Shown: positions 52,969 to 61,944 of the stretch, piece after piece
Numbering within the stretch: position 1 is the first letter of the stretch
Layout of the letters: each line of letters opens with the position of its first letter
DNA from: Candidatus Limnocylindrales bacterium
GTDB lineage: Bacteria; Chloroflexota; Limnocylindria; Limnocylindrales; CSP1-4
Length of the DNA: 64,000 nucleotides
Assembly (NCBI GenBank): GCA_036002525.1
Contig: DASYTG010000012.1
Coordinates: 65,766 to 129,765 of the forward strand
Direction: 5' to 3'
Position numbers and translations under genes: made by a program
Notes under the pieces: generated by a model
What the model was told of the DNA's origin: nothing
The model's input: the letters and a program-made list of their open reading frames with translations, nothing else
Database searches by the model: none

Positions 52969-54087
52969 GTGAAACTCTCGGTCATGCACGAGAACCTCGC
53001 GCGAGGCCTGTCGGTCGTCAGCCGGGCCGTTTCGACGCGGTCGACGCTCCCCGTCCTCGCCAACGTCCTGCTGAAGACGGAGGACGCGGGTCTCAAGCTC
53101 ACCGCGACCAACCTCGAGATCGGGATCACCTACTGGGTGCCAGGCAAGATCGACAGCGACGGCTCGACGACCGTCCCCGCCAGGCTCCTCACCGACTACA
53201 TCAACGCGCTCCAGGGCGGCGAGCGGGTGGATCTCGAGCTGCTCCCCGGCGAGACGCTCCACCTCAAGGCCGGCCGGTTCGAGTCGCACCTCAAGGGCAT
53301 CGACGCCGACGAGTTCCCGGCCATCCAGACCGCCGGCGAGCGGCCGACGACCCGGATCTCCCAGAAGGTCCTCCGCCAGGCGCTCGAGGAGACGGCGTTC
53401 GCCGCGGCGAGCGACGAGGCCCGCCCGATCCTTACCGGGGTGCTCGCCCGCTTCGAAGGCGACACGGTCACCCTCGCCGCGGCGGACAACTACCGGATCG
53501 CCGTCAAGACGATCCCGATCCTCGACGCGGTGCCCGAGACGAGCGTCGTGATCCCGGCCCGCGCCCTCAACGAGCTCGTCCGGATCCTGTCCGACGTCGA
53601 CGACCCGATTGAGATCGTCCTGGCCCAGGCACGCAACCAGATCCTGTTCCACCTCGACGGCATCGACCTCGTCAGCCGGCTGATCGACGGCCAGTTCCCG
53701 AACTACCAGCAGGTCCTGCCGCAGAGCCACACCACCCGAGCCGTGCTCGACCGCGAGGAGCTGCTCCGGGCGGTCCGGCCCGCCGCGCTCATCGCCCACG
53801 AATCGGCGAACATCGTGAAGCTCCAGATCTCGTCGAACGGAGAGGCCGGGATCACCGTCAGCGCGAATGCCGAGGTCGGCGATCACGTCGGCCAGGTCGA
53901 AGCCGCGGTCGAAGGCGACGGGACGACGATCGCATTCAATGCGCGCTACCTGGCCGACGTGCTGACAAACGTCGATGCCGAGCAGTTCGCGCTCGAGCTC
54001 AACGGCCCGCTGTCCCCCGGCGTCTTCAAGCCGGTCGGCGACGACCTCTACGTCCATGTCGTCATGCCGGTCCGCACGACGTCGTAG
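52969..54087 (+). CDS. dnaN: DNA polymerase III beta sliding clamp
   Basis: 372 aa with a GTG start (V/MKLSVMHENLARGLSVVSRAV...) and three clamp domains. Confidence 0.95.
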   Translation: MKLSVMHENLARGLSVVSRAVSTRSTLPVLANVLLKTEDAGLKLTATNLEIGITYWVPGKIDSDGSTTVPARLLTDYINALQGGERVDLELLPGETLHLKAGRFESHLKGIDADEFPAIQTAGERPTTRISQKVLRQALEETAFAAASDEARPILTGVLARFEGDTVTLAAADNYRIAVKTIPILDAVPETSVVIPARALNELVRILSDVDDPIEIVLAQARNQILFHLDGIDLVSRLIDGQFPNYQQVLPQSHTTRAVLDREELLRAVRPAALIAHESANIVKLQISSNGEAGITVSANAEVGDHVGQVEAAVEGDGTTIAFNARYLADVLTNVDAEQFALELNGPLSPGVFKPVGDDLYVHVVMPVRTTS

Positions 54088-54123
54088 GGACAGCCACGGC
54101 ACTACGCAGCGCGATCGACGAAT

Positions 54124-54168
54124 CCTCGGGCGGATGGCGTCGCGGGGCTTCGCGTCCGCCCTCGGAGG
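54124..54168. repeat. Diverged member of the same repeat family
   Basis: CCTCGGGCGGATGGCGTCGCGGGGCTTCGCGTCCGCCCTCGGAGG, about 40 nt after the dnaN stop. Shares its 5' half exactly with the copy at 41539; retains an imperfect inverted repeat. Confidence 0.6.
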
Positions 54169-54215
54169 ACGGCCGCGAGAAAGGTTGCCGAACGGAGTGA
54201 CTCCTGCTTAGTGCG

Positions 54216-55367
54216 CTGAGCGTTCTAGACCTGCGGGGATACGCCGCGCTCGAGGCCGAATTCGGGCCGGGTCCCCAGCTCGTCTGGGGCCCGAACGCCG
54301 CGGGCAAGACGAGCCTCCTCGAGGCGATCGTCCTGCTGGCGTGGGGACGGTCGCACCGGACGACGACCGACCCGGAGCTGATCAGGTGGGGCGCCGACCT
54401 GACGAGGGTCGAAGGCCGGGTCGGGCCTGAGACGATCGAGGTGGCGCTGCTTCGACCCGGCTCGCCGGCGAGCGGCGGGGGGAGCGGTCGCAAGCGGATC
54501 CGGGTCAACGGAGTCCCTCGCCGGGCGAGCGGGCTCGTCGGCCTGCTGCGGACGGTCGTCTTCGCACCCGAGGAGATGCTCCTCGTGGCCGGGCCTCCTG
54601 TCCTCCGGAGGGGTGCGCTCGACCAGCTCGCGGGACAGCGTTCGGCGTCGTACCTCCGGGATCTGGCGACGTACGGCCGCGTCCTCCAGCAGCGCAATGG
54701 GCTCCTGCGCGCGATCCGCGAGGAGACCGCCGCCCGAGCCGACCTCCGCTACTGGGACGGGCCGCTCCTCGATGCCGGCGCGGCGATCGTGGCCGAGCGC
54801 CTCCGCCTCCTCGAGGAGCTCACCGAGCCGCTCGCGCTCGCCCATGCGGAGATCGCGCCCGACGAGACGGCGGCCGGCCGCCTTGGCCTGCGGTACGAGA
54901 CGAACGTGCCGCGCCTGCCCGGCGAGGCGCCGCGCGAAGCGCTCGCCCGGCGCCTCGAGGAGACGGCCGAGAAGGAGGTCTGGAACGGAACGACGCTCGT
55001 GGGACCGCATCGCGACGACCTCGTGTTCGAGTTGGGCGGCCGCGACCTCGCGGGCTTCGCGTCGCGGGGTCAGCAGCGGACGGCCATCCTCGCCTTCAAG
55101 CTGGCCGAGCTGGACCTCCTGACGGCAACCGACGGCCGCCCACCGCTCCTCCTGCTCGACGACGTCTTCTCCGAGCTCGATCCGGCCCGCCGAAGCCATC
55201 TCGTGCGACGAATCGCGGAGCTGCCCCAGGCGTTCGTCACGACGACCACTCTCGACGACCTCGACCCGTCGCTGCGCGCCGCCGCGACGAGCTGGGAGGT
55301 CGTCCCCTCACCGACCGGCGCGGGCCTTGCCGGCCCGTCCGTCGCCGCCGCCACCCGACAACCGTGA
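54216..55367 (+). CDS. recF: DNA replication and repair protein RecF (apparent non-canonical CTG start)
   Basis: Walker A (GPNAAGKTSLLEA) at aa 25-37, SMC-like signature and Walker B (LLLLDDVFSELD). No ATG, GTG or TTG occurs in frame between the upstream TGA at 54198 and the Walker A motif; CTG at 54216 gives the expected M-S-V-L-D-L-R N-terminus. Confidence 0.8.
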   Translation: MSVLDLRGYAALEAEFGPGPQLVWGPNAAGKTSLLEAIVLLAWGRSHRTTTDPELIRWGADLTRVEGRVGPETIEVALLRPGSPASGGGSGRKRIRVNGVPRRASGLVGLLRTVVFAPEEMLLVAGPPVLRRGALDQLAGQRSASYLRDLATYGRVLQQRNGLLRAIREETAARADLRYWDGPLLDAGAAIVAERLRLLEELTEPLALAHAEIAPDETAAGRLGLRYETNVPRLPGEAPREALARRLEETAEKEVWNGTTLVGPHRDDLVFELGGRDLAGFASRGQQRTAILAFKLAELDLLTATDGRPPLLLLDDVFSELDPARRSHLVRRIAELPQAFVTTTTLDDLDPSLRAAATSWEVVPSPTGAGLAGPSVAAATRQP

Positions 55368-55398
55368 CGGCCGGCCGGTGACAGGTCGCCGCCGGCCG

Positions 55399-55707
55399 AT
55401 GCAGCGAATCGGCGAGCTGATCCCGGAGGCGGCCAGGCACCTCGGCCTCGAGGAGGAGCTCCGCCTCGCCCGAGCGATCGCGACGTTCGGGGCGATCGTC
55501 GCCGAGCGGGCGCCGGCGGCGTCCGGGTTCTGCCGGCTGATCCGGCTCGACGGCTTCGCGCTCGTCGTCGAGGCCGACGCGCCGATCGTCGCCCAGGAGC
55601 TTCGCCTCCGGTCCCCGGAGCTCCTCGACGCGCTCGCCGCGGCGCCCGGCGGCCTCCGGGCGCGGGAGCTTCGGGTGCGCGTCCGGCGGGAGGGGCCCGC
55701 CGTATAA
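55399..55707 (+). CDS. dciA: DUF721 protein (DciA-like replicative helicase operator)
   Basis: 103 aa with the DUF721 pattern (IGELIPEAARHLGLEEE...RLDGFALVVEADAPIVAQELRLRSPELLDAL). Sits immediately after recF, in the position of Rv0004 in mycobacteria. Confidence 0.75.
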   Translation: MQRIGELIPEAARHLGLEEELRLARAIATFGAIVAERAPAASGFCRLIRLDGFALVVEADAPIVAQELRLRSPELLDALAAAPGGLRARELRVRVRREGPAV

Positions 55708-55824
55708 TCCCGGCACCTGCCAGCCATCTCGGGACGAGCGTCGATCGATCGGACCCGGGATCGATCCCGTCGGGGTCAGCCCCTCGTCCGAATCCTCCGT
55801 CGCAGCCCCAGCACCAGAGGCTCC

Positions 55825-58098
55825 ATGGCCGTCAGGCTCCAGTTGAAGCTCGGCGCGGTCGCCGAGCAGGATCGCCTCCAGGACTCGCCGGACACGATCG
55901 TCGTGGTCGAACCGAGCGTCGGCTCGGTGGCGCGCTCGAAGGGTCACCTCTACCTGCTCGTGACGTCGCGGAACCCGGGCAACCGCGGACGCGACGCGAC
56001 CCGCCTGGCGGCCGAGACGATCCGCAACGAGTACTACTACGACGAGTCGGCCGGGATCCGGGTCTGCCTCGAGAAGGCGATCGGGGCGGCGAACAAGCGG
56101 CTTGCCCACCAGCGGGACCGCCTCGGCCTCGGCGGGGTCGACGGCAACGGCCCGATCGGCATCGGCGTCGCCGTCGTCCGCGGCAACGAGCTGTACGTCG
56201 CCACGTGCGGGCCGGCCGAGGCCTATCTCATCCGCCAGGCCCGGCTGTCGACGCTGCCGGATCCCCATCGCGAGCGCGGCCTCCCGGCGCCGGACCTCGA
56301 ACCGGACGTGTGGCGCGGCGAGGTGTCGGTCGGCGACTCGCTCGTGCTGATCTCCCCGAACGTCATGGCCCGGCTCGGGCCCGACGAGCTCAAGGATGCG
56401 ATGGTCACGCTCCATCCCCAGTCGGCGATGGAGCATCTCCACCACCGCTTCGCGGCTGCCGACGGCAGCGGCAGCGACGGGGCCATCGCGTTCGAGGCGA
56501 CCGAGGTCGCCGTCACCCAGAAGCACCGCGCGCTCGTGCCGGTCAAGCCACCGGAGCCGCTAGCCGGCGCACCGGATCGCTCGCCGATCCCGCTCGCCGA
56601 TCCGGTCGTCGACGGCGTCGCCGCGGTCCAGGCCGGCGCCCGCCAGGCCCGGGCCGCCGCGGGCAACGCCTTCGAGCGGCTGGTCCACCGCCTCCAGGAC
56701 TCCCTGCCCAGGCGCCGGGCGGCGTACCGGCGCGTCACGCCGCTCAGCGCTCGGCGCGAAACCCAGCGTCGAGCGGCCGTCGCCATCCTCGCCTTCATCG
56801 TCGTGGCCGTCGGACTCGGGATGGTCGTCTATCTCTCGGGCGCCGGCCCGGCGTCGCGCGACGCGGTATCGTCGATCGCTGCCGGTCAGAGGGCGATCGA
56901 AGCGGCGCGGGCAAACCTGAGTCGGGTGACGGGGCCCGGCATCGACCTCGTCAGGGACAACAGGGAGCTCGCGCTGCAGCTCCTCAACGAGGCGTGGTCC
57001 GAGCTCGACAAGGCAGAGCAGGCGAACATGCCGGCGTCGGTCGTCCGGCCGATTCGCAGCGCCATCGTCGATCAGCTGGATCGTGCCTACAAGGTCGTCG
57101 AGGTCAACGACGAAGCGCTGTTCGCGTTCGACCCCGCGGCCAGTCCGCCGATCGACCTCACTGCGCTCGTCCGCGGCCCGGACGACGCGCCATACATCCT
57201 GGACCGGACGACCAGCGCGGTTTGGCGGATCAACCTCCAGACGGCGCAAGCCACGCGCGTCATCCGCGAGGGGACCGAAGCCGCCGACGCGGTGGCCGCA
57301 GCCCCGAAGCTCCTGGCGGCCGGGGGACCTGATCTGCTGGTTCTCGACGCCCGCAACGTCCTCTGGCGCTGGCGCCCGTCCGACGATGCCGGCCACGGAC
57401 AGCTCGCGCGCACGCGGATCAACGGGTCGGCCGAGTGGGGCGACGACGTCATCGCGATCGGCACGTACATCCGCCTGCCAGAGGCCGGCCTCTACAACTT
57501 CTACGTCATCGACCCCTCGGAGAAGCAGATCCTCGGCTACTCGCCGGCCGCCGACGGGAGCGGCTTCCTGGGGACGCCGACCGGCCGCCTCGCGACCGCC
57601 CGATCGGTTGACCGCATGACGAGCCTCTACATCGACGGCGACATCTTCGTGACCGAGGACGGCAAGATCGTCCGGTTCGTGTCCGGGAACAGCGAGGGAT
57701 GGACCGCCAACGAGCCCGGCGACACGCTCCTCCGCGAGGCGCCCAGCTACACCCTGGTCACGTCCGGCTCCGACAGGCGCCAGGGGCTGCTGTACGGCTA
57801 CGACCAGGAAAACGCCCGAATCGTCGCAATCGACAAGGCCGACGGCTCGTTCCGCGAGCAGTACCGGCTTCCCGCCGACAACGAGGGCTGGACGGAGCTC
57901 CGGTCGATGTACGTGATCGACGGCGCCGACGACCTTCCGCCGGTGCTGTTCTGGATCTCCGCGGACGTCCTCCACCGCTCGGTCCTTGCCCCGCTCCCGG
58001 ACGGCGCCGCTTCGCCGTCGCCCGGCGCGTCCGGGCCCGCGGGGTCCGGCGGGCCGTCCGGTCCGGGCCAGCCGTCGGCGTCTCCCGCCACTCAGTGA
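55825..58098 (+). CDS. Membrane-anchored protein: N-terminal degenerate PP2C-like (pseudophosphatase) domain, one TM helix, C-terminal extracytoplasmic beta-rich domain
   Basis: 757 aa. Residues 1-250 align in order with PPM motifs, but the metal-binding residues are replaced: DGMGG reads SRNPG, GDSR reads GPAE, and SDGL reads SPNV. A TM helix (AAVAILAFIVVAVGLGMVVYL) spans aa 305-327. The C-terminal 420 aa contain repeated beta-strand-like segments and end in a Pro/Ser/Gly tail. Confidence 0.6.
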   Translation: MAVRLQLKLGAVAEQDRLQDSPDTIVVVEPSVGSVARSKGHLYLLVTSRNPGNRGRDATRLAAETIRNEYYYDESAGIRVCLEKAIGAANKRLAHQRDRLGLGGVDGNGPIGIGVAVVRGNELYVATCGPAEAYLIRQARLSTLPDPHRERGLPAPDLEPDVWRGEVSVGDSLVLISPNVMARLGPDELKDAMVTLHPQSAMEHLHHRFAAADGSGSDGAIAFEATEVAVTQKHRALVPVKPPEPLAGAPDRSPIPLADPVVDGVAAVQAGARQARAAAGNAFERLVHRLQDSLPRRRAAYRRVTPLSARRETQRRAAVAILAFIVVAVGLGMVVYLSGAGPASRDAVSSIAAGQRAIEAARANLSRVTGPGIDLVRDNRELALQLLNEAWSELDKAEQANMPASVVRPIRSAIVDQLDRAYKVVEVNDEALFAFDPAASPPIDLTALVRGPDDAPYILDRTTSAVWRINLQTAQATRVIREGTEAADAVAAAPKLLAAGGPDLLVLDARNVLWRWRPSDDAGHGQLARTRINGSAEWGDDVIAIGTYIRLPEAGLYNFYVIDPSEKQILGYSPAADGSGFLGTPTGRLATARSVDRMTSLYIDGDIFVTEDGKIVRFVSGNSEGWTANEPGDTLLREAPSYTLVTSGSDRRQGLLYGYDQENARIVAIDKADGSFREQYRLPADNEGWTELRSMYVIDGADDLPPVLFWISADVLHRSVLAPLPDGAASPSPGASGPAGSGGPSGPGQPSASPATQ

Positions 58099-58814
58099 TC
58101 CCCCTCCGCGACGCCAACCCAATCCGCCGAACGCCGCTCGTCACCCTGGCCCTGATCGCCGCGTGCTTCATCGCCTTCGCCTGGGAGCTGGGCGTTCTCG
58201 CGAGCTCCGGGGAGACAGGGCTCAACGAGCTCTTCACCGAGCGCGGCGTGGTGCCGGCCCGGGTCAGTGAGGCCCTGACGACCGGGCGCCAGGCGGCCGA
58301 CGCCACGGTCGACGTCCTGACCAGCCTGTTCCTTCACGGCGGCTGGCTCCACCTCCTCGGCAACATGCTGTTCCTGTGGATCTTCGGCAACAACGTCGAG
58401 GATCGGCTCGGGCGGGTGGCGTTCCTGGCGTTCTATCTCATCGGCGGGATCGCCGCCGCTCTCACCCAGGTGGCCATCGATCCGAAGTCGACGCTCCCGG
58501 TCGTCGGCGCCTCGGGCGCGATCGCCGCGACGCTCGGTGCGTACATCGTTCTCTTCCCGCGGGCCCGGATCCTGTCGCTCGTGTTCCTCGGCTTCTTCTA
58601 CCAGCTGATCGAGGTGCCGGCGCTGTTCGTGCTCGGCTTCTGGTTCGTCCTCCAGCTGATCGACGGCATCGCGTCGCTCGGATTGTCGAGCTCGGGCGAG
58701 GGCGGGGTCGCGTTCTTCGCCCACATCGGCGGCTTCGTCGCCGGTCTCGTCATCGCGCTCATGATTCGCGGCCGCCGGGGGCCTGGGCCGCTGCGCCCGG
58801 CGACCGTGGGATAA
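58095..58814 (+). CDS. Rhomboid family intramembrane serine protease
   Basis: Catalytic GxSG (VVGASGAI) and AHIGG motifs with 6 TM helices. GTG start overlapping the upstream stop codon. Confidence 0.85.
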   Translation: MIPLRDANPIRRTPLVTLALIAACFIAFAWELGVLASSGETGLNELFTERGVVPARVSEALTTGRQAADATVDVLTSLFLHGGWLHLLGNMLFLWIFGNNVEDRLGRVAFLAFYLIGGIAAALTQVAIDPKSTLPVVGASGAIAATLGAYIVLFPRARILSLVFLGFFYQLIEVPALFVLGFWFVLQLIDGIASLGLSSSGEGGVAFFAHIGGFVAGLVIALMIRGRRGPGPLRPATVG

Positions 58815-58821
58815 TCCGGCC

Positions 58822-59412
58822 ATGGCGGACGGGCTGGTCGAGATGGTCGTCGAGAGCGTGCGCGTACACATGCTGTCGAGCCGACACGTCGTGATCCTCA
58901 AGGAGACGGACCGCGAGCGCTACCTCCCCATCTGGATCGGGCCGTGGGAGGCGAGCGCGATCGCGATGAAGCTCCAGGGCCTCACTCCGGAGCGGCCGCT
59001 GACGCACGACCTGTTCGCCGCGACGCTGGACGAGCTCGGGATCCGCATCGACCGGGTCGTGATCTCCACCCTCGCCGAGGAGACGTACCACGCTCGACTG
59101 TTCCTCGAGCAGAACGGGCGGACCGTCGAGGTCGATTCACGGCCGTCCGACGCGCTCGCGCTCGCCGTCCGGTCCGGCGTCCGGATCTTCGCCGCGGAGG
59201 CGGTCCTCGAGCAGGCCGGCCTCGGGGCAGACAGCGGAATCGAGGAGGGAGAGGAAGGCGAGGAGGGCGCCGGCGCGGCCCTCGAATCGACCGGCGAGAA
59301 GATCGTCGACCCGCGCCTGGACGTGTTCCGCGATTTCGTCAACTCGCTGGACGTCGACCTCGGCGGGGGCGGCGGAGGCGAGCGACGCGGGGGGCCGAAG
59401 GGCCGCCGCTGA
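58822..59412 (+). CDS. Bifunctional nuclease (BFN / DUF151) family protein
   Basis: BFN-domain signature (ERYLPIWIGPWEASAIAMKLQGLTPERPLTHDL) followed by an acidic Gly-rich tail. Confidence 0.7.
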   Translation: MADGLVEMVVESVRVHMLSSRHVVILKETDRERYLPIWIGPWEASAIAMKLQGLTPERPLTHDLFAATLDELGIRIDRVVISTLAEETYHARLFLEQNGRTVEVDSRPSDALALAVRSGVRIFAAEAVLEQAGLGADSGIEEGEEGEEGAGAALESTGEKIVDPRLDVFRDFVNSLDVDLGGGGGGERRGGPKGRR

Positions 59413-59450
59413 CCGATCGGGGCCGAGCAGAGGGAGTCGGAGCCGCCCGG

Positions 59451-60248
59451 TCACGCCTCCTCGAGGATCGGCTGGCCCCTGCCGAGCGCCCGGCGGCGAG
59501 CCGCCCAGAGGCGGAGCCGGAGCGCCCAGAAATCGCGCACGGCGCGGAGGACGACCGACGGCTTCGCTCCCGTCGCCGATCCCGCCGTTCGCGGGTAATG
59601 GGGCACGCCGATCTCGACGACGGTCCGCCCGGATTCGCGCAGCTTGATGAGCAGCTCGGCGGAGAAGAACGCCCCGCCCGACTCGACCCTCAGCCCGCTC
59701 AATGCGTCGCGCCGGAACAGCTTGCAGGCACAGTCGACGTCGCGGACGCGGAGCCCGAAGAAGATCCTGTTCGCGAGACGGTAGAGGCGGGCGTAGACGG
59801 TCCGAACGAGCGGATCGGCGCGATTGATCCGATACCCGACGACGGCGTCCGGGCGGTCCGACTCGCCGATGCGCGCGGTCAGCCGGGCGAGATCCTCGAC
59901 CCGGAACTGGCGGTCCCCGTCGGTGAAGGCGACGAGCTCGTGGCGCGCGGCGCCAAGGCCGGAGCGAAGGGCCGCTCCGTATCCGAGATTGGTCGGGTGG
60001 TGGACGGCCCGGACGAGGCCCGGGTACGATTCCGCCAGGCTGTCGGCGATCGACGGCGTGGCATCGCGCGAGCCATCGTCGACGACGATGATCTCCCACG
60101 TGTCGGCGATGCCGGGGAGGACCTCCATCGCCTCCTCCACGAGCGGCCCGAGGTTGGCTTCCTCGTTGTGGGCTGGGAAGAAATAGGAGAGGGCGGCGAC
60201 GCGGGACGGATCGGGCCGTCGCCTCCGGCCGCCGCGACGGCTCGTCAC
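59451..60248 (-). CDS. GT2 glycosyltransferase, polyprenol-phosphate sugar synthase-like (Ppm1/GtrB-like)
   Basis: GT-A motifs (IIVVDDGSRD; DxD-type FTDGDRQ). Overlaps the start of the upstream DUF2723 gene by 4 nt. Confidence 0.75.
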   Translation of the reverse strand: MTSRRGGRRRRPDPSRVAALSYFFPAHNEEANLGPLVEEAMEVLPGIADTWEIIVVDDGSRDATPSIADSLAESYPGLVRAVHHPTNLGYGAALRSGLGAARHELVAFTDGDRQFRVEDLARLTARIGESDRPDAVVGYRINRADPLVRTVYARLYRLANRIFFGLRVRDVDCACKLFRRDALSGLRVESGGAFFSAELLIKLRESGRTVVEIGVPHYPRTAGSATGAKPSVVLRAVRDFWALRLRLWAARRRALGRGQPILEEA

Positions 60249-61822
60249 GGAGCCGCTGCGGCGGGCGCGCCGTCGCGGGGAAGCACCCTGATGAGCGACC
60301 CGTCGGCCGGACCCACGCGGTCGAGCTCATAGCGCTCCGCGAGGGCTTCGATCTCCGTCGTGTCGATCCGGATCACGTAGGTCGGCAGGCCCTGGGCGAG
60401 GGCGGTCGCGACAACGTCAGTCACCTCTCCGAGGTTCTCGTCGAGGCGCGTCCGATCGTCGACGATCCGGATATCCGGCCGCCGGCCCTCGACATGCTGG
60501 CCATACCATAGCGTCGTCGAGTAGCTCCACCAGCTCACGACGACTGCGTTCGGTTCCATGGCATCGAACGTCGCGTCGAGCCAGCGCTGGGCGCCGACGT
60601 TGTCGCTCTCGTCGCCCGTCCTGGAGCGGGTCTCCAGGTCGGCGACGGTCGGCATGAGGAGCAGGGCCGCCATGACGACCGCGGCGCCGATGGCGAGGGG
60701 GCTATTGCGGGTTCGGGGCTGCCGGGGCTGCGCAGGCGGGCTGCCGCGCCATCTCCGAGCCAGCGCGACGACCCCGTCGACCGCCGCGGCGGCCAGGACC
60801 GCCAGCCACGTCCAGGCGATGAACACCGGCCCCAGGTAGTAGCGAGTGATGTCCGCGTTGATGTACGACGCCGCGAAGAACACCGTGATGAACAAGGAGG
60901 CGCCGCTCAGCACCGCGTACGGCCGATCGCGCAGCACGGTCGCGACGAACCCGAGCGGGATCAGCGCGGTCAGCGGCCCGAACTCCGTCACCGTCCGCTT
61001 CACGAGCAGGGCGAACTTGCCGCCGAGATCGCCGAGCGGGTCGACGATCGCGCCGCGGAACTGCTCGGCAAGCGCCACATACCAGAACCCGTCCCAGGTG
61101 TGGGGCGTGCCGTAGACCAGCGAGGCGCGGAACGGGCCGGCCCTCAGCGGCAGCTCGAGGTAGATGAGCGCCGTCGTCCCGGCGGCCGCCAGGACGCACG
61201 TCGTGACGAGGCGGCGCCGGCGAAGGATGCCCGGATCCACCGTGAGGACATAGAGCCCGATGGGCACCGTGAGCAGGAGCGTCAGCGAGTGGTTCGCGAC
61301 CGACACCCCGAAGAGGATCGACGCGACGATCAGCCAGCGGTCACCGCCGCCGGTCGCGCGCTCGCCTCGCCACCACACGAGCAGGAGGAAGAGAAGGGAC
61401 AGGAACAACAGGTGGAGGGTGTGGCCCTCGGCGTGCGTTGCGAGGCGCCATGCGAGCGGCGTCGTGGCGAGGCCGAGCCCGGCCGCGATCCCGAGGATCG
61501 TCCAGCCGGTCAGGCGGCGGACGAGCTCGACCGTGACGCCGGCGGCCGCGGCGACGCACAGGGCGGAGAACAGGTTCATCCGGTAGGCCGGGTCGCCGAA
61601 CGGCGCCAGGACGACCGAGGCGAGCCAGCCGAGGATCGCGTATGTAGGGTAGCCCGGGGAGTGCCCCGTCCCCATCACGGGCCCGAGGGTCTGGAACTCC
61701 GCGGTGTCCCAGAACCCGACGCCGGGCATGAGCGTGTCGCGGACGAGCGCGACCGCGATGGCGGCGACGGCCAGCGGCGCCGCTCGTCGCGCGAGGATCG
61801 TCATGCGGGGGTGTTCATCCAA
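60245..61822 (-). CDS. DUF2723 (TMEM260-like) GT-C-fold membrane glycosyltransferase
   Basis: 525 aa with more than 10 TM helices. The N-terminal region (GVGFWDTAEFQTLG...GHSPGYPTY) is the DUF2723 signature. Confidence 0.65.
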   Translation of the reverse strand: MDEHPRMTILARRAAPLAVAAIAVALVRDTLMPGVGFWDTAEFQTLGPVMGTGHSPGYPTYAILGWLASVVLAPFGDPAYRMNLFSALCVAAAAGVTVELVRRLTGWTILGIAAGLGLATTPLAWRLATHAEGHTLHLLFLSLLFLLLVWWRGERATGGGDRWLIVASILFGVSVANHSLTLLLTVPIGLYVLTVDPGILRRRRLVTTCVLAAAGTTALIYLELPLRAGPFRASLVYGTPHTWDGFWYVALAEQFRGAIVDPLGDLGGKFALLVKRTVTEFGPLTALIPLGFVATVLRDRPYAVLSGASLFITVFFAASYINADITRYYLGPVFIAWTWLAVLAAAAVDGVVALARRWRGSPPAQPRQPRTRNSPLAIGAAVVMAALLLMPTVADLETRSRTGDESDNVGAQRWLDATFDAMEPNAVVVSWWSYSTTLWYGQHVEGRRPDIRIVDDRTRLDENLGEVTDVVATALAQGLPTYVIRIDTTEIEALAERYELDRVGPADGSLIRVLPRDGAPAAAAP

Positions 61823-61944
61823 ATGCGTGGGGAAACTCCGGCTGGCGCGGGGCGATTCGCTGCGGGCCGCCGGGGGTCCGGCAGGCGACCCTGTGCTACC
61901 CTGCGCTCCACCTCAACGCTCGTGCAGGAGGCCGATCTGACGCG

